From assembly GCA_964234715.1 (NCBI GenBank), contig OZ174278.1: DNA of 64,000 bases, one strand, 5' to 3'. Position 1 is the first letter of the stretch; every line of letters begins with the position of its first letter. The translations under genes were made by a program, and so were the position numbers. Positions 23,666-35,440 of the stretch are shown here, in pieces. Source of the stretch: Podarcis melisellensis (Eukaryota). Below the pieces are notes generated by a model, which had not been told where the DNA came from, did no database searches, and worked only from the letters and a program-made list of their open reading frames with translations.

Positions 23666-24305
23666 ATGACTCGCCCATCCTCCTTTTCTCCAAAGAATGT
23701 ATGTACATGCTTGGGTGGGTATAAAGCCAAGGCTGCATTCAGCAGCAAAGAGGCAGCAAACAATGTGAGTGGTAGTGAATTGTGGTGGTGCCAACACCTG
23801 TGCCATGTTTTCCTGCCTAAGAATGTGCAAAACTATACCTACAGCAGATGCAAGCTGATTGCCTTGCTGGAAGAGAAGGCATAGCAACTTGAGACCTGCT
23901 TATCCAACTTTGAGCTATTAGAAAAGATGAGGAATTTCTCAGCAGAGTAGACTGTCTTGGAGCAGCGACACAGCTGGGGTCCACCTAGGGAGGTGGAAGA
24001 TCACTCATCGCAGGAGATGAACTCCTGGAGGAACATGACACACAGAAGCAGAACTGTCAGAGGCATGCTGTGTCACTGGAGCTGTAAAATTGATTCCATG
24101 CCCTCACCTCAGACTCCTCTGGGCTAGAGGAGCAAGGACAGGAATTGCAGACTTCGGAACACAAGGAGGTAGCTGGGGAAGATACAGTGTACAGAATGAG
24201 TCCTGTCACTCCTAGAAGAGGAAGAGAGGTGTGGTGGTGGTAGGTGATTCCCTACTGATGGGGACAGAGGCAGCAGTGTGCAGAGGTTACAGGATGTCCT
24301 TGGAG
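23666..24305 (+). mobile_element. CR1 LINE ORF1 remnant (zinc-finger/leucine region and start of the SGNH esterase), disrupted
   Basis: FLPKNVQNYTYSRCKLIALLEEK resembles the CR1 ORF1 N-terminal motif (FLP...YTC.KCKL.ALLEEK). VVVVGDSLLMGTEAAVCR at about 24231-24285 is the CR1 ORF1 esterase GDS motif. Stops and frameshifts lie between the two. Confidence 0.82.
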
Positions 24306-27300
24306 GGGCTACAGCTCTTCCTTCAAGACCCAGTTGTTACTGTGACCCAAGCAATGCTAATACTATATGTTAAGAAGCAAACAAAGTTAGCATTCTTTTA
24401 TAAAAAAAATCTGTGACATCTTTTCTCTGTACCTATTTTTCTTCAGAAATGCAATATTAACACTGTTCACTGGACTTGTTTTCTCCCCACCCCCTTCAAT
24501 TTAGCTATATTTGAATATATATATATATATATAAATGTGTTTCTCCCTTTTTAAAGGCAGAAAACAAATTTATTTACTTCTCTAGATATGAAGGATGTCA
24601 TAAATGTCTGTTTCCATTGGAGAAAAGAAGTGACTAGATGAACAAGCTTATGCGGCACGTAAAATTACAGAGAACATTGCCCTGCTGAGTCCCTCTGATT
24701 CTCAGTTTCTGATCAGATCACATTTGCTTCCCAGTGGGCAACACAATGTAGCTTTAAGACTGCAGTTTCAGATCATAGCAGGCAGGCATATCCCAAATGT
24801 GGCTTATATGGCTTAGTGATGTACTTCCCGATGGGGAACATGATGCCACTTTTAGCCAGCTTCATACCCTTTCATGTTCCCTGGTGAGGTTTCTACTGAG
24901 AGATGGTACTCCCAGTGTATGGTATTGGTATAAAGTCAATGGAATGCCCACAGGAAGGGAGATATATCCATAACATGAAAGCCAGCATTAGTCATGCTCT
25001 GTGTAGACCCATTGCAATTGATGCACTTCCACAACTTGCCCATTGATTTCAATGGGTTTGTGTGGAATAGGTCTCAGTTGGATGTCACCCATAAAAATAA
25101 AGGGAGAGATCTCTGAAGATTCTGCTCACAAAAAGGCAGCTGTGAGTTGTGGTTGGAACAAAAGACAGAACCAGAAAGGTAGTGGTGGCTTTAGTGTAAA
25201 GACATAACTTTTATGTTATGATTGCTGTAATGCTCTAGTAAGAACAAAAGGTATTTGAATTAAAGGACCTTGACACATGCTTTCTCCACAAGAAACACAT
25301 TTTAATTATATGCTCCATTTTCTTCCCCTTTATTTGTGTCATCTGCGCTGTGAATTCATTGAGAGATAAAAGATTTTCCCCTGACATGTTTGTATAACAA
25401 CAAAGTAAGTCTGCAGCACTGCCATTTTCTAGCGTTACATATTTACTGGTTTGCATTCTTTCTCTCTCACCCTTGATTACATCAGAAATCACACTGTTTC
25501 AGCATTTCCCATCTTTCAAGCCAGCACAGGAAGAATGGATAACTACAGTGTTTATTTGTGATTGTTTCCAAACATGAGATCTGCCATAACATGCAGAAGA
25601 GGAAAGGAGAGTGTATTAAAATGAAATGAAGACTTTTAAAAGTCTTTTGAAATTAGTAAAACAAAAACAAAAATATTGTCTAAGAATAACATATTGATTC
25701 TTTGAGCTGCATTCTGCACTGAATAGTTCCAAAGAACATGGCTGAACTGGTTTTTACAGGTCTATATTATATTGGAATCTCACAGTTAAAAATCAGGGGT
25801 GTGTAAAAAACTTTAAGCATAAATATTTGGTGAGATATGCCATGCTAATGTTTACTTGAGCAGGAATATGACATTGTACAGTTCATAATGATGGGTTGAA
25901 TCAGGTAGGGGTTCCCTCAAATGTTCTTCTCTACTTTGGAAATTAAATCAGGTAGTTCCTTTGTCGTGTGGTTCTCTGAAAACCATAACTGCAATATTTA
26001 AAACATCAGGGAGCTTGATAACTTTTGAGGAGCCAGGATACCAGGATAACTGATTCTTTATTCTGGATATCAGATGCTCTTCAAAGTATACATCCCAGTA
26101 CTCATTGCACATGTTAATCATGCTGACAGTAAGGCAATCCATGGCATGTGCATTTTCCAGGGATCTTAATGCTCCTACTAAAGCACATTCCCCAGGACTT
26201 TTGGTGCCTAGGATGCTGTTGCAGTCTTCAGGGTGCCACAGTAGGAGAGTTAGCTCTTTGAGAAGCTCCAGTGAGAGCTTCCATTGCCAGTATTGGCACA
26301 AGGTAGGAAGGGGTGGTGGGATAGGGCACACACAAGGGCAGGAGGTTGGAGGCATGCAAGGGGATTGCTCAGTTCCCATCACACACTTTGTGATTTCAAC
26401 AGGAGCAAAGAAGAGTCCACCATTTGAATTTCAGCTTGGAGAAGCCAAACTGGTTTGGGGTCATGGGGGAGAAGAAGTTAATTCTTTTTTCTTTTTCTTT
26501 TTTTTCTTTTTTCTTTTTTGAAAATAACATAATATGCCAAGCCCAATACCAAAGCCCCCAGCAGAGGCCATTTTGCCCATCACAAATGGAAAACTTGATT
26601 TCTTCCCTTGACTATACTCACTTTATACATACACAGACAAGTCACAAACCAAACTTTTGACTTTGTAGCCCCAGGACTTTGCTGAGCAGCTGGTCACTTT
26701 CCATAGTACTTTTTTTACTCTGGAAATCTTTAACTCTACAACAGTGCACTTAAGGCATTAATCACTTTCAAACAAACAGAAAATTCAAAGAAACAGGGAA
26801 TTCATAGAAGACATCCATGACAGCTCACAGAGGCTGCTAGAACACCAAACGAGAGAGCCCAGAGGCCATATTGTGAAGCCAGATTTGGGTGGGGGAGAGA
26901 TATTATACCAGTTCAAAATACTATCAGATATACTAGAAAAGTGTGTAGTCAAAGCAAAAAGAAAAAGGAAAAAAAAGTGTGGAATAACTAGAAGATTATA
27001 TTCATTTTATATTTTTAAAAAAGATTTGGGCAGGGTAGGGGGGAGCCAGATACTGTATTCAAATATCAATACATTTCCATTAGCTTAATTGGCACTGCTG
27101 TGTATTCTATAATAATACTGAAATGTCTCACAAATTAATGATTGAAGCCGAGCTTCATACAAAGGCAGCTGTCCTTCACCATGCACCCCAAATGTCTGCC
27201 CAGGGCTGGCTCAAGACATACTGCTGCCTGAGGCAAAGGACAAAATGGGGGCCTCCCGCAAACCTCATACAGAAGCCAATTTAACTGGTAGTTAAATCTT

Positions 27301-27573
27301 ACTCCATTACTGGAGCACTTGAGGGCAGCAGGCTAGCGTTGGTCTGTCAGGGCAGGCCACATGACACTCACAGCTCTGTCTTATCCCCACACCTCAGCAT
27401 CTGTCACCTGAGGCATCTTCACCACTTCAGTGCTGGTCCACCCAAGGACACTTTTCTCTCTTTTCCTTCATTGCATACAGTGATGATATTCTGCCCATCA
27501 GACTGTAGGGTGCTGATGCTGAGCTTAGATAGTTTCACACTGACTACCATATTCAACCATCACAAAACTCTCT

Positions 27574-28170
27574 GTTGTTGTTGTTTAGTTGTTTAGTCGT
27601 GTCCGACTGTTCATGATCCCATGGACCAGAGCACGCCAGGCACTCCTGTCTTCCACTGCCTCCCGCAGTTTGGTCAGACTCATGCTGGTAGCTTCGAGAA
27701 CACTATCCAACCATCTCGTCCTCTGTCGTCCCCTTCTTCTTGTGCCCTCAATCTTTACCAGCATCAGGGTCTTTTCCAGGGAGTCTTCTCTTCTCATGAG
27801 GTGGCCAAAGTATTGGAGCCTCAGCTTCAGGATCTGTCCTTCCAGTGAGCACTCAAGGATGATTTCCTTAAGAATGGATAGGTTTGATCTTCTTACAGTC
27901 CATGGGACTCTCAAGAGTCTCCTCCAGCACCATAATTCAAAAGCATCAATTCTTCAGCGATCAGCCTTCTTTATGGTCCAGCTCTCACTTCCATACATCA
28001 CTACTGGGAAAACCATAGCTTTAACTATACGGACCTTTGTCGGCAAGGTGATGTCTCTGCTTTTTAAGATGCCATCCAGGTTTGACATTGCTTTTCTCCC
28101 AAGAAGAAGGCATCTTAATTTCATGACTGCTGCCACCATCTGTAGTGATCACGGAGCCCAAGAAAGTAAA
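27574..28170 (-). mobile_element. RTE-BovB LINE, 5'-truncated, frameshifted, with (CAA)n tail
   Basis: LLLGRKAMSNLDGILKSRDITLPTKVRIVKAMVFPVVMYGSESWTIKKA and LRVPWT.RRSNLSILKEI..ECSLEGQILKLRLQYFGHLMRREDSLEKTLML.KIEGTRRRGRQRTRWLD are classic BovB RT C-terminus; candidate TSD aaaactctct (27564-27573) / aaagctctct (28171-28180). Confidence 0.95.
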
Positions 28171-29300
28171 AAAGCTCTCTATGCAAATACAAATAAGGTG
28201 GTTTTATTATGCAAATATGTGTGTGCTTTAAAGAGACTGCCTTAATCCTGCATTGTGGGGGAACTGTCTTTATATCTACTGCTGCTGCTGCTACCAATAA
28301 CACCTAACGTATCATTAAGCATGGATGCACTTTACATTGTCCTAGTCATATATGTCTCTGGGATTTAAATCATGACGATCTTCTAGAAGGCTCTTGTGTA
28401 GCATTAGGTTAAATCCACAATGGAAAATTTTCCCTAGCATCTTTTATGTGAGTTAAAGTATGCAAAGTGAAGGACACTGATGTGTCCATGGGCTGCCGCC
28501 TGCTTATATTCTAGCAGCCTCTCACAGTTTCCAGTCTAAGGTTCCTTATTAAACATTCCTGATACAAAATCATTCCAGTTTGACAAGCAGTTTCCATGGT
28601 GACGGCATCGTCAAAAAAACCTGAAATGCTTTTGAATCTACATTGTCTGTTCTTCTGTGCATGCCATACTTGATCAGTAAATTCACTATATAAACAATTG
28701 GATTTTGAACTATTTTCCACATTTGGTAAAACCACACTACTCCTTGTTTTACTTTTTTATGTCCCAGGAGAGAATATAGACATTCAAATCAATGTAGCTT
28801 ATATTTTTAAATATTTCAAAAGTCTTTCTTCAAAGGATAGGCTCTTCATTAGATTCTTCATTGGATTCTCTTTCTTACTATTGACAATTTGTTATCCATT
28901 TGCTTCCTGCTTTCCTGAAGCTGCAGTTTGAATAAATTGTTAATACTCTTTCTAAACCATCTCCTTTAGCAGTCTTTCTGCAGAGATGTACAGGCTAATC
29001 TTGTCACCAGTGGTGGAGGAAGCAGCTCAGGTGCCTGGGGCAGCATGCCTAGGGGTGAGGTGAGCGCCCATAGGGGCAGGGCGAGAGCGGGACGCACTGC
29101 GGGGCCTCCAGAGTCTGCCTGCCTCCTCCCCCACAGCTGCCCTACAGCTGGGGAGGCAGCAGGCAGACCGTTTGGGCAGCGAAGAGCCTGTGCATGCCCA
29201 AGCCACCACGTCTCTCCAACAATTCCATGAGGACTGCAGGTTCTCCATCTCTAGCAAAACAAATGTGGAAAGCTAGAGCAGAATATCAAGTAGAATAAAG

Positions 29301-29620
29301 CAGGGGTGGGAACCCTTAGGCCGGTGGCCAAATTGGACCCTACAATACTCTATAACTGGCCCTCGGGACTTTCTCCACACCACCACCCTCCCTAGACTCT
29401 CACTGGCCCTGCTCCACACCCTTCAAGCAAGCACTCGCCTGGCTGCAATGTGTCCATGGATTCTGATGAAGCTTCTTGCTTTTCTTGAGTGTGTTGGTGT
29501 GCATAGAAACTAAGCTATTGCACAAAAGTAAAATCTGTATTTGTTATTCCAGCTCACTTTTCTTCTACCTATCAATGACTTGTAGCCTTGGAAGGCTGTC
29601 CAGAAGGAAATGTGTCCCTC
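29301..29620 (+). mobile_element. Old hAT(Charlie)-like MITE
   Basis: Starts caggggtgggaaccctt...ggccaaattggaccc; the interior is shared with 23107-23400 and 8690-8862. Confidence 0.6.
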
Positions 29621-31864
29621 AACATTTGGCATGAAGGAGACAGGGAACAAGGAAACTTAATGCTTTAGAAACTGCACCTGAATCTTAACAAAGCTTGAGA
29701 ATTCCCCGTTCACCTTCAGACTGATGAACTGCTTTATTTAAGCCAGTTCTCAAACAACAGCAGGCATAGTTTTTGCACATTGCCATTCCCACTCTTATAT
29801 GGTCACTCTGGTCACCCCAGGGGATGACTCAAATGGTTTCTCCCTGGAGTGTTGGGGTGGCATAAGTGGACACCTGACCACTACAGACAGAAAGGGAGCA
29901 GGGATCTATATTCCCACTCCTCTCCCCACTCTTCACCCCATTTCTGTTGTGGCACCCACCCTCCTTCCATTTTGCAGTGTGGGCTTTGCCATTCAACTGT
30001 TGAAGAAGCAGAGTAGGATTTTTTTTTTTGGGGGGGGAGCTCACAATTGGTCCGGCACTCATCTCATCTCCTCTCTTTTCCTCTCTTCTCCTCTCCACTC
30101 TCCTCTCTTCTCTTATTTTCTTTTTTTGTCTACTCCACACTGTTGGGAATAATTTTGAAGTGGTGTAATTTGGCCTTTAGTCTGGGCAGGAAAGACAGTT
30201 TAAGATATGGAAAACTTTAATCCTTAAACGCTATGGAGCACAGGCACTCTGGAGTTGCTCCACATTGTTTCTGCTTAATGGGTGACAGTGGCACCCTGTG
30301 GCCTGGGCATGAGCATCGGGGTGAACACCAAACTTGTAGGGCATGGTGCGCCTAACCCAAGGCTCAGGTAGCAAGGAGGAAAAATTCCTTCCAATCCTTG
30401 CTCCCCACCTCAGAAGTTGTGAGAGAGATTATCACATAGGGAACTTTCCAGCTTGGACTATACTTCGTTTAGTTGAACTGCATCAAGTTAGGTTAATTGC
30501 TTTTTTAAAAATTTTCTGCCGATCCTCAAGTTTTCCTTAATGTTGTATTTAACAAATATAACCTTGTACCCAACTTAAATAGGTGTCTCAAGTCTTCTTT
30601 GGTGTAGGTGTGATGGCAATGAGTGTAAAGAAGCTGCTTTTCTCTAAGACTACAAGTGAAACTGAGAAACACAAACTAATTTCTTCCACATGATCTGCCT
30701 CACCATTTAATGACACAAAGTAGTTGCTGCAAGCAGCAGATTACAGATGAGGTGCCATCCTCCTAGCTTCAACCTCCATCTCTGTGTGTCATTTGAAAAT
30801 GAACTCCAGCCCAGAGCAGGGGGCATCATTTTGAACTTTTCACTTCAACTGCAATGTCTAAGGCTGGCAGTGCTTTCCCAGCAGGAATTCTGCCCTCTTC
30901 GCCTTGCAGGTTGGAAACACAGGCTTGATTCCCTGTTTCGAAGGGATTCAGATTCTTTCTTGACAGCAGCCAGATGTGAGGCAAGTTTGCAAACTGAAAA
31001 TAAAACATTTTAGAGCAGAGGTCCTGGCTCCCATCTCTGCAGAGAGCACCTGGGAATATTGCTTTATTGCAAAGCAATTCCAATCAAATAAATGCATAAG
31101 TGTAGCAGTAGCATCATCATAATCAGTAGCTGTAAAGGGTTGGGAGCCCTTATCAGACAAAGCAATTTTGTATTATTTACTCAGCATTGTCTTTTAAAAT
31201 CATTTTAGTATGTTTGTTGTATTTTGTTTGGCTGGTAGTTTAGGCAATCAGCAAGGTGAAAAGGGAAAAAAAGGAAAGAAATGTTATAAAGGGAAGACTG
31301 TAGGCCAGATATCCTCTTTCCATAAATAAATCTTCTGTCTTGCATGGTTTGTGAGATTTTTTCCATGTGCTTGAATAAAAACTGCACTGAAAGGGATAAA
31401 GTGAAACTTACTTAATCCAGCCTTTTAAAACTAATTAATCAACAGAGTTTGAACATATAACAAATGCATGTGCAAAAAATATTACTTCAACTTATTCAAA
31501 AATCTGTTAACTTTTGACACAAATCTAATTATGTGTTAACAGAGCAAGTATTGACAAGAAATACATCCATTATTTACAATTTAGCAAGTCTTAATAATAT
31601 TCACCTCTCCTTTTCATTCTTTCTTGTACTGATACTATAAGAGATGAATGATATAGACATATGTGTATGTTACTCCAGTAACTGAAATTTGACTTCTAAT
31701 GAATACATGAATTATACTCCTTTGCTAATGTAACATTTTAAGGTAGAAACAGTTATTAAGCTATTCTGTTATTAATAATTATGCAATTCAGAAGAATATG
31801 GTTCAAAACAAGGAATAGCTCCGCTCTGAATGCATTCATTTTTACAGTTTTACAATATTACAAG

Positions 31865-32079
31865 TGTAGCTCTCAGAGTTGCAATTCCCAGAATGGTTTA
31901 ACAATAAATGCATCTTCCCAGGAAACTTTAGAAATTGTAGCTCCGTGAAGGCAATAGAGGTTGCCTTACAATTCTCAGACCCTTAAGAAATAAACTACAA
32001 CTCCCAGTATATTTTGCAGGAAGCCATGGCAGCTTAAAATGGTTTGATAATATTTTAAATATATGGTGCAGATGAGGCC
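31865..32079. mobile_element. Partial copy of the palindromic MITE family (see 52931-53224)
   Basis: aaactacaactcccagtatattttg...ccatgg...atatatggtgcagatgaggcc matches the right arm of 52931-53224. Confidence 0.7.
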
Positions 32080-34016
32080 CAAGTCTCAGATGGTCTTCCT
32101 CATCGACTGCTACCTATCCTGATTTTTAGTGGAGATGCCTGTGGCTTTCTGCATGCCTTTGGCTTTCTTCTGCCGAGTAAAAAGTAATGTAAGTAGTTAC
32201 CAGGCATATTTTTGGATCTCCTGAAATTAACAACATTCAAAATAGTTCTGTTTTATATTATCACATTGGACTACTTTTCCAAGAGCACAGTATAGTATAT
32301 ACGTACCCCACACTTTTTCCACAGGAAAACTGAGAGTGGATTGTCTAATGTTATCCTCACAACTTTTTTATATAATGCAGACACCAATGAATGTATAAGT
32401 ATTTTAACAAGGCCCTTCACATCCTGCTGAAATGTTCTTCAAACTGTCTTAATATGTGAGGGCTGAGTAGTTTCCATTATAATGACATGACCATCATAAG
32501 CGTTGTTATAAATTGACCCCTGTTTCAATACACTCTAAAAACCTAGTAAAATTGTAGAGACTTGAAAGGATTGCAGATGCTTTGTCAGTTGCTGAGTCAT
32601 TCTAATATTATAAATATAACAAGATTGTTGCTTTAATCAAAACTTTTAGAACAGCAGAAGTTCCATGCAAAAACCACCTTCTCACAACAAAAGTGGAGTA
32701 CACTAACAGAACCGTGCTATAAATGTATACTCATAAGTAAATTTCATTAGTTTTCCTTGGGCCTTACTCCCAATTAAGTTGGTAAACCATTGCTGTCTTA
32801 TTGGAGAGGTTTGCATTCTTTTTGCAGATGACCTTTCCATCTTTCTGCTCATCCCTAGGAAGTGCCTAAAGTAGCCTACCTATTTCCATAACAATAATTT
32901 GTGATTGTGCAAACAGAGGATTACAGCAACAAATCTTCTTAGTACAAACCCACAGGAAGAGAAGATAGCTGTTGGGGAGAATGTTTAATGAACATTTATC
33001 TGCAGTAATTAGCCACTCTGGGAGAAAGATAGCCATGAACACACAATAGGCAAATTGGCATGTATTTTAATAACATTAATCTACTAAAGGGTTTAGCTTG
33101 AAAGGTCCTTTGAAAATAAATCTGAAGCACAAACTCCTCAGTGGAAGAATATTTAAAATAAGTGTAACACGTAGGCACAGTGCAGCCATCTGGATTTAAA
33201 ATGAATGATGATATTAGACATTAGAAAGGAAAGACTGATATTAAAGGAGCGGAACTTCCTCCATTGCTCTGGTATTATAAGACCCAACACAAATCTTTTG
33301 CTTTTCTATTGGGCAATATGGTACAGGCAACATTTGAGAGATTTTCTAAGGTTTTGTAGAAGTGAGGTAACAAGATGAAAAAGAAACAGAAACTGGTAAG
33401 ACAGAAACAATGTGTCCAGTTATAAGTTTTAGAACTTTACAACATCTGTAGGAATGGCTCGTGTGGATCATAGGATCATTACAGCTCTATGTTGCAGAAC
33501 CTCCTTACTCCTGCTCCTACAACCCATTACACTGATGTAAAACCTCTTATAAATCTCAGATCAAGGCTACACAAACTAAGAATTACATGGCAAAACACTC
33601 CCCATACTGCACAGGTAGGAGATCATATGACTGAATGTTCCGCCATATAGCCTTAGTCTCTGCTCATAGAAGATTCTACGTTCTGAGTATGACTAATGTT
33701 GGATAGTACCCATTATCTTCTATTTTACCCACAAGCTACAGGCTTGTTTGCACAGTGAGAACCTACAGCCGGAGTTGCTGAACTCTTGCTCTCCAGGTAT
33801 TTTTGAACTCCTAACTTTCATCAGCTCCAGACAGCAGGACCAGTGGTCTGTAATGATGGAAATGCAGCCCAGCCCAGAACTGCAGGATTAGCCATAGCTG
33901 CCCTGCACCAAGGATCACAAAAAACATGCCCTAGAAATCACCTTTCAACAACTGGTTATTCGTGGTTATTAAGCAGAATAAAAAGCATGGTTTTTTCTGT
34001 ATTAAAATAAAAGACA

Positions 34017-34223
34017 GTTACAGATAGGTAGCCGTGTTGGTCTGCCATAGTCAAAACAAAAAAAATTCCTTCCAGTAACACCTTAAAGACCAACTAAGTT
34101 AGTTCTTGGTATGAGCTTTCGTGTGCATGCATCTGAAGAAGTGTGCATGCACACGAAAGCTCATACCAAGAACTAACTTAGTTGGTCTTTAAGGTGCTAC
34201 TGGAAGGAATTTTTTTTGTTTTG
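34017..34223. mobile_element. Penelope-like element terminal relic (inverted pseudo-LTR hairpin) with 13-bp TSD
   Basis: TSD aaaataaaagaca at 34004-34016 and 34224-34236; 81-bp inverted arms at 34051-34131 and 34144-34224 with one mismatch; the leader ttacag.taggtagccgtgttggtctgcc is shared with 56564-56592. Confidence 0.85.
34133..34167 (+). ncRNA. Minimal hammerhead-ribozyme core of Penelope type; stem I truncated, probably inactive here
   Basis: CTGAAGA (34133-34139), then a, the palindromic stem II gtgtgcatgcacac (34141-34154), GAAA (34155-34158), gc, TC (putative cleavage after 34162) and atacc. Confidence 0.65.
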
Positions 34224-35298
34224 AAAATAAAAGACATTTGCCTATATTTTAAAGTGTTGGGCATATTATCTGAATTTAAAACTTTTATTAATTTTACAAA
34301 ACATTAACTATCATCCAAAGAACCGAAAGGTGTATTTGTGTGAGATCATGCTGAGAAATTCCTACTAGGGATTCCTTTACATTCCAGGATTCTTTGAAAT
34401 AAAATGACTAATAAACTAGTTTAGGTATATAGAAATCCACCATTAATATATAATGAACTTTTTTCTACCACAGCACTAGCTGTGCCCCACCATCACCACT
34501 GAAAAATGGAATACGCAGGAACTTCCATGATCTGATCTCATTCCATCTCTGTAACTTATTAATAAATCTACTGAAAATTCTCTTCAAAAAGGCAGAGTTT
34601 CATACATATAATATCCAATAATCTTTTCTTTGAGATTTAGATTTTACCTTTAATATATGGCACAAACACATATATAATTAATAGCAGGTACTTCCCTGAC
34701 AGTTTTTATTATGTGTCTGTACATATAATAACTATGTCATCAATTATAATATAGAATTGGTTACAGACTTGTCCATTGCAGTTAGTTTTCTTAAATTATT
34801 GTATCATCCTTCCACAACCTGGTGTATTCCAGAAGTTTTGGACTACAACATTGATAATTGGCAACACTGGCTGGGGCTTATGGGTATTGTAGTCCAAAAC
34901 ATGTAGAAGGCAGAAAGTTGGAGAAGGCTAGCCTGTATTATCCTATGTAGTGTACAGTTGGTTCAAAACCTTTGAAGGAAGTTGGTTAGCCCAAACATCT
35001 TCAGTAAAATAAAAAATTAAATAAATTAAAATGCACACTGAGTGAAACTCATATTTTTGGAATGCCTGCAAATAAATATAATGCTTCTGGTGGCAACAGT
35101 AGCAAAAATCCATCCTGATCTTCAAGCCTTTGGGGGTCTTTGACACCACTGATCTTAATAAATCTAGATTTTCAACTAGTAAATTTTCTATTGCTCTTCA
35201 CATTTCAAGTAGCCGGTAGCTATTTAACCTTCACACAGCAGAACATACACATATTTCTGAAATCAAATTACAGCCCATAGGGCAGGTTGAAGCAGTTA

Positions 35299-35440
35299 AT
35301 AAGAACATAAAAATTGCCTTGCTGGATCAAACTAAAGGTTCTTCTAGTCTAGCATTTTGTCATTCCTGTTGCCTCTGGGAAGCTCAGAAGCAGTGCATTA
35401 TGGCAATAGCCATGCTCTGTTATTTGTGCCCAGCATCTGG
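35299..35440 (-). mobile_element. CR1 3' UTR fragment
   Basis: ataagaacataa...ttgctggatcaaactaaaggttcttctagtctagcatt is the reverse complement of a CR1 3' terminal stem-loop and tail; similar to 41768-41830. Confidence 0.65.

Noticed and set aside
25629-25646. Perfect 18-bp palindrome aagacttttaaaagtctt (also an 11-bp hairpin at 59964-59987)
   Set aside because: Short, AT-rich and isolated; no context suggesting function.
25948-26521. Overlapping 144-aa and 138-aa ORFs on opposite strands
   Set aside because: No recognisable domain or splice structure; the lengths are compatible with chance.
27589-28245. 218-aa plus-strand ORF
   Set aside because: It is the antisense frame of the BovB RT region, with no independent coding evidence.
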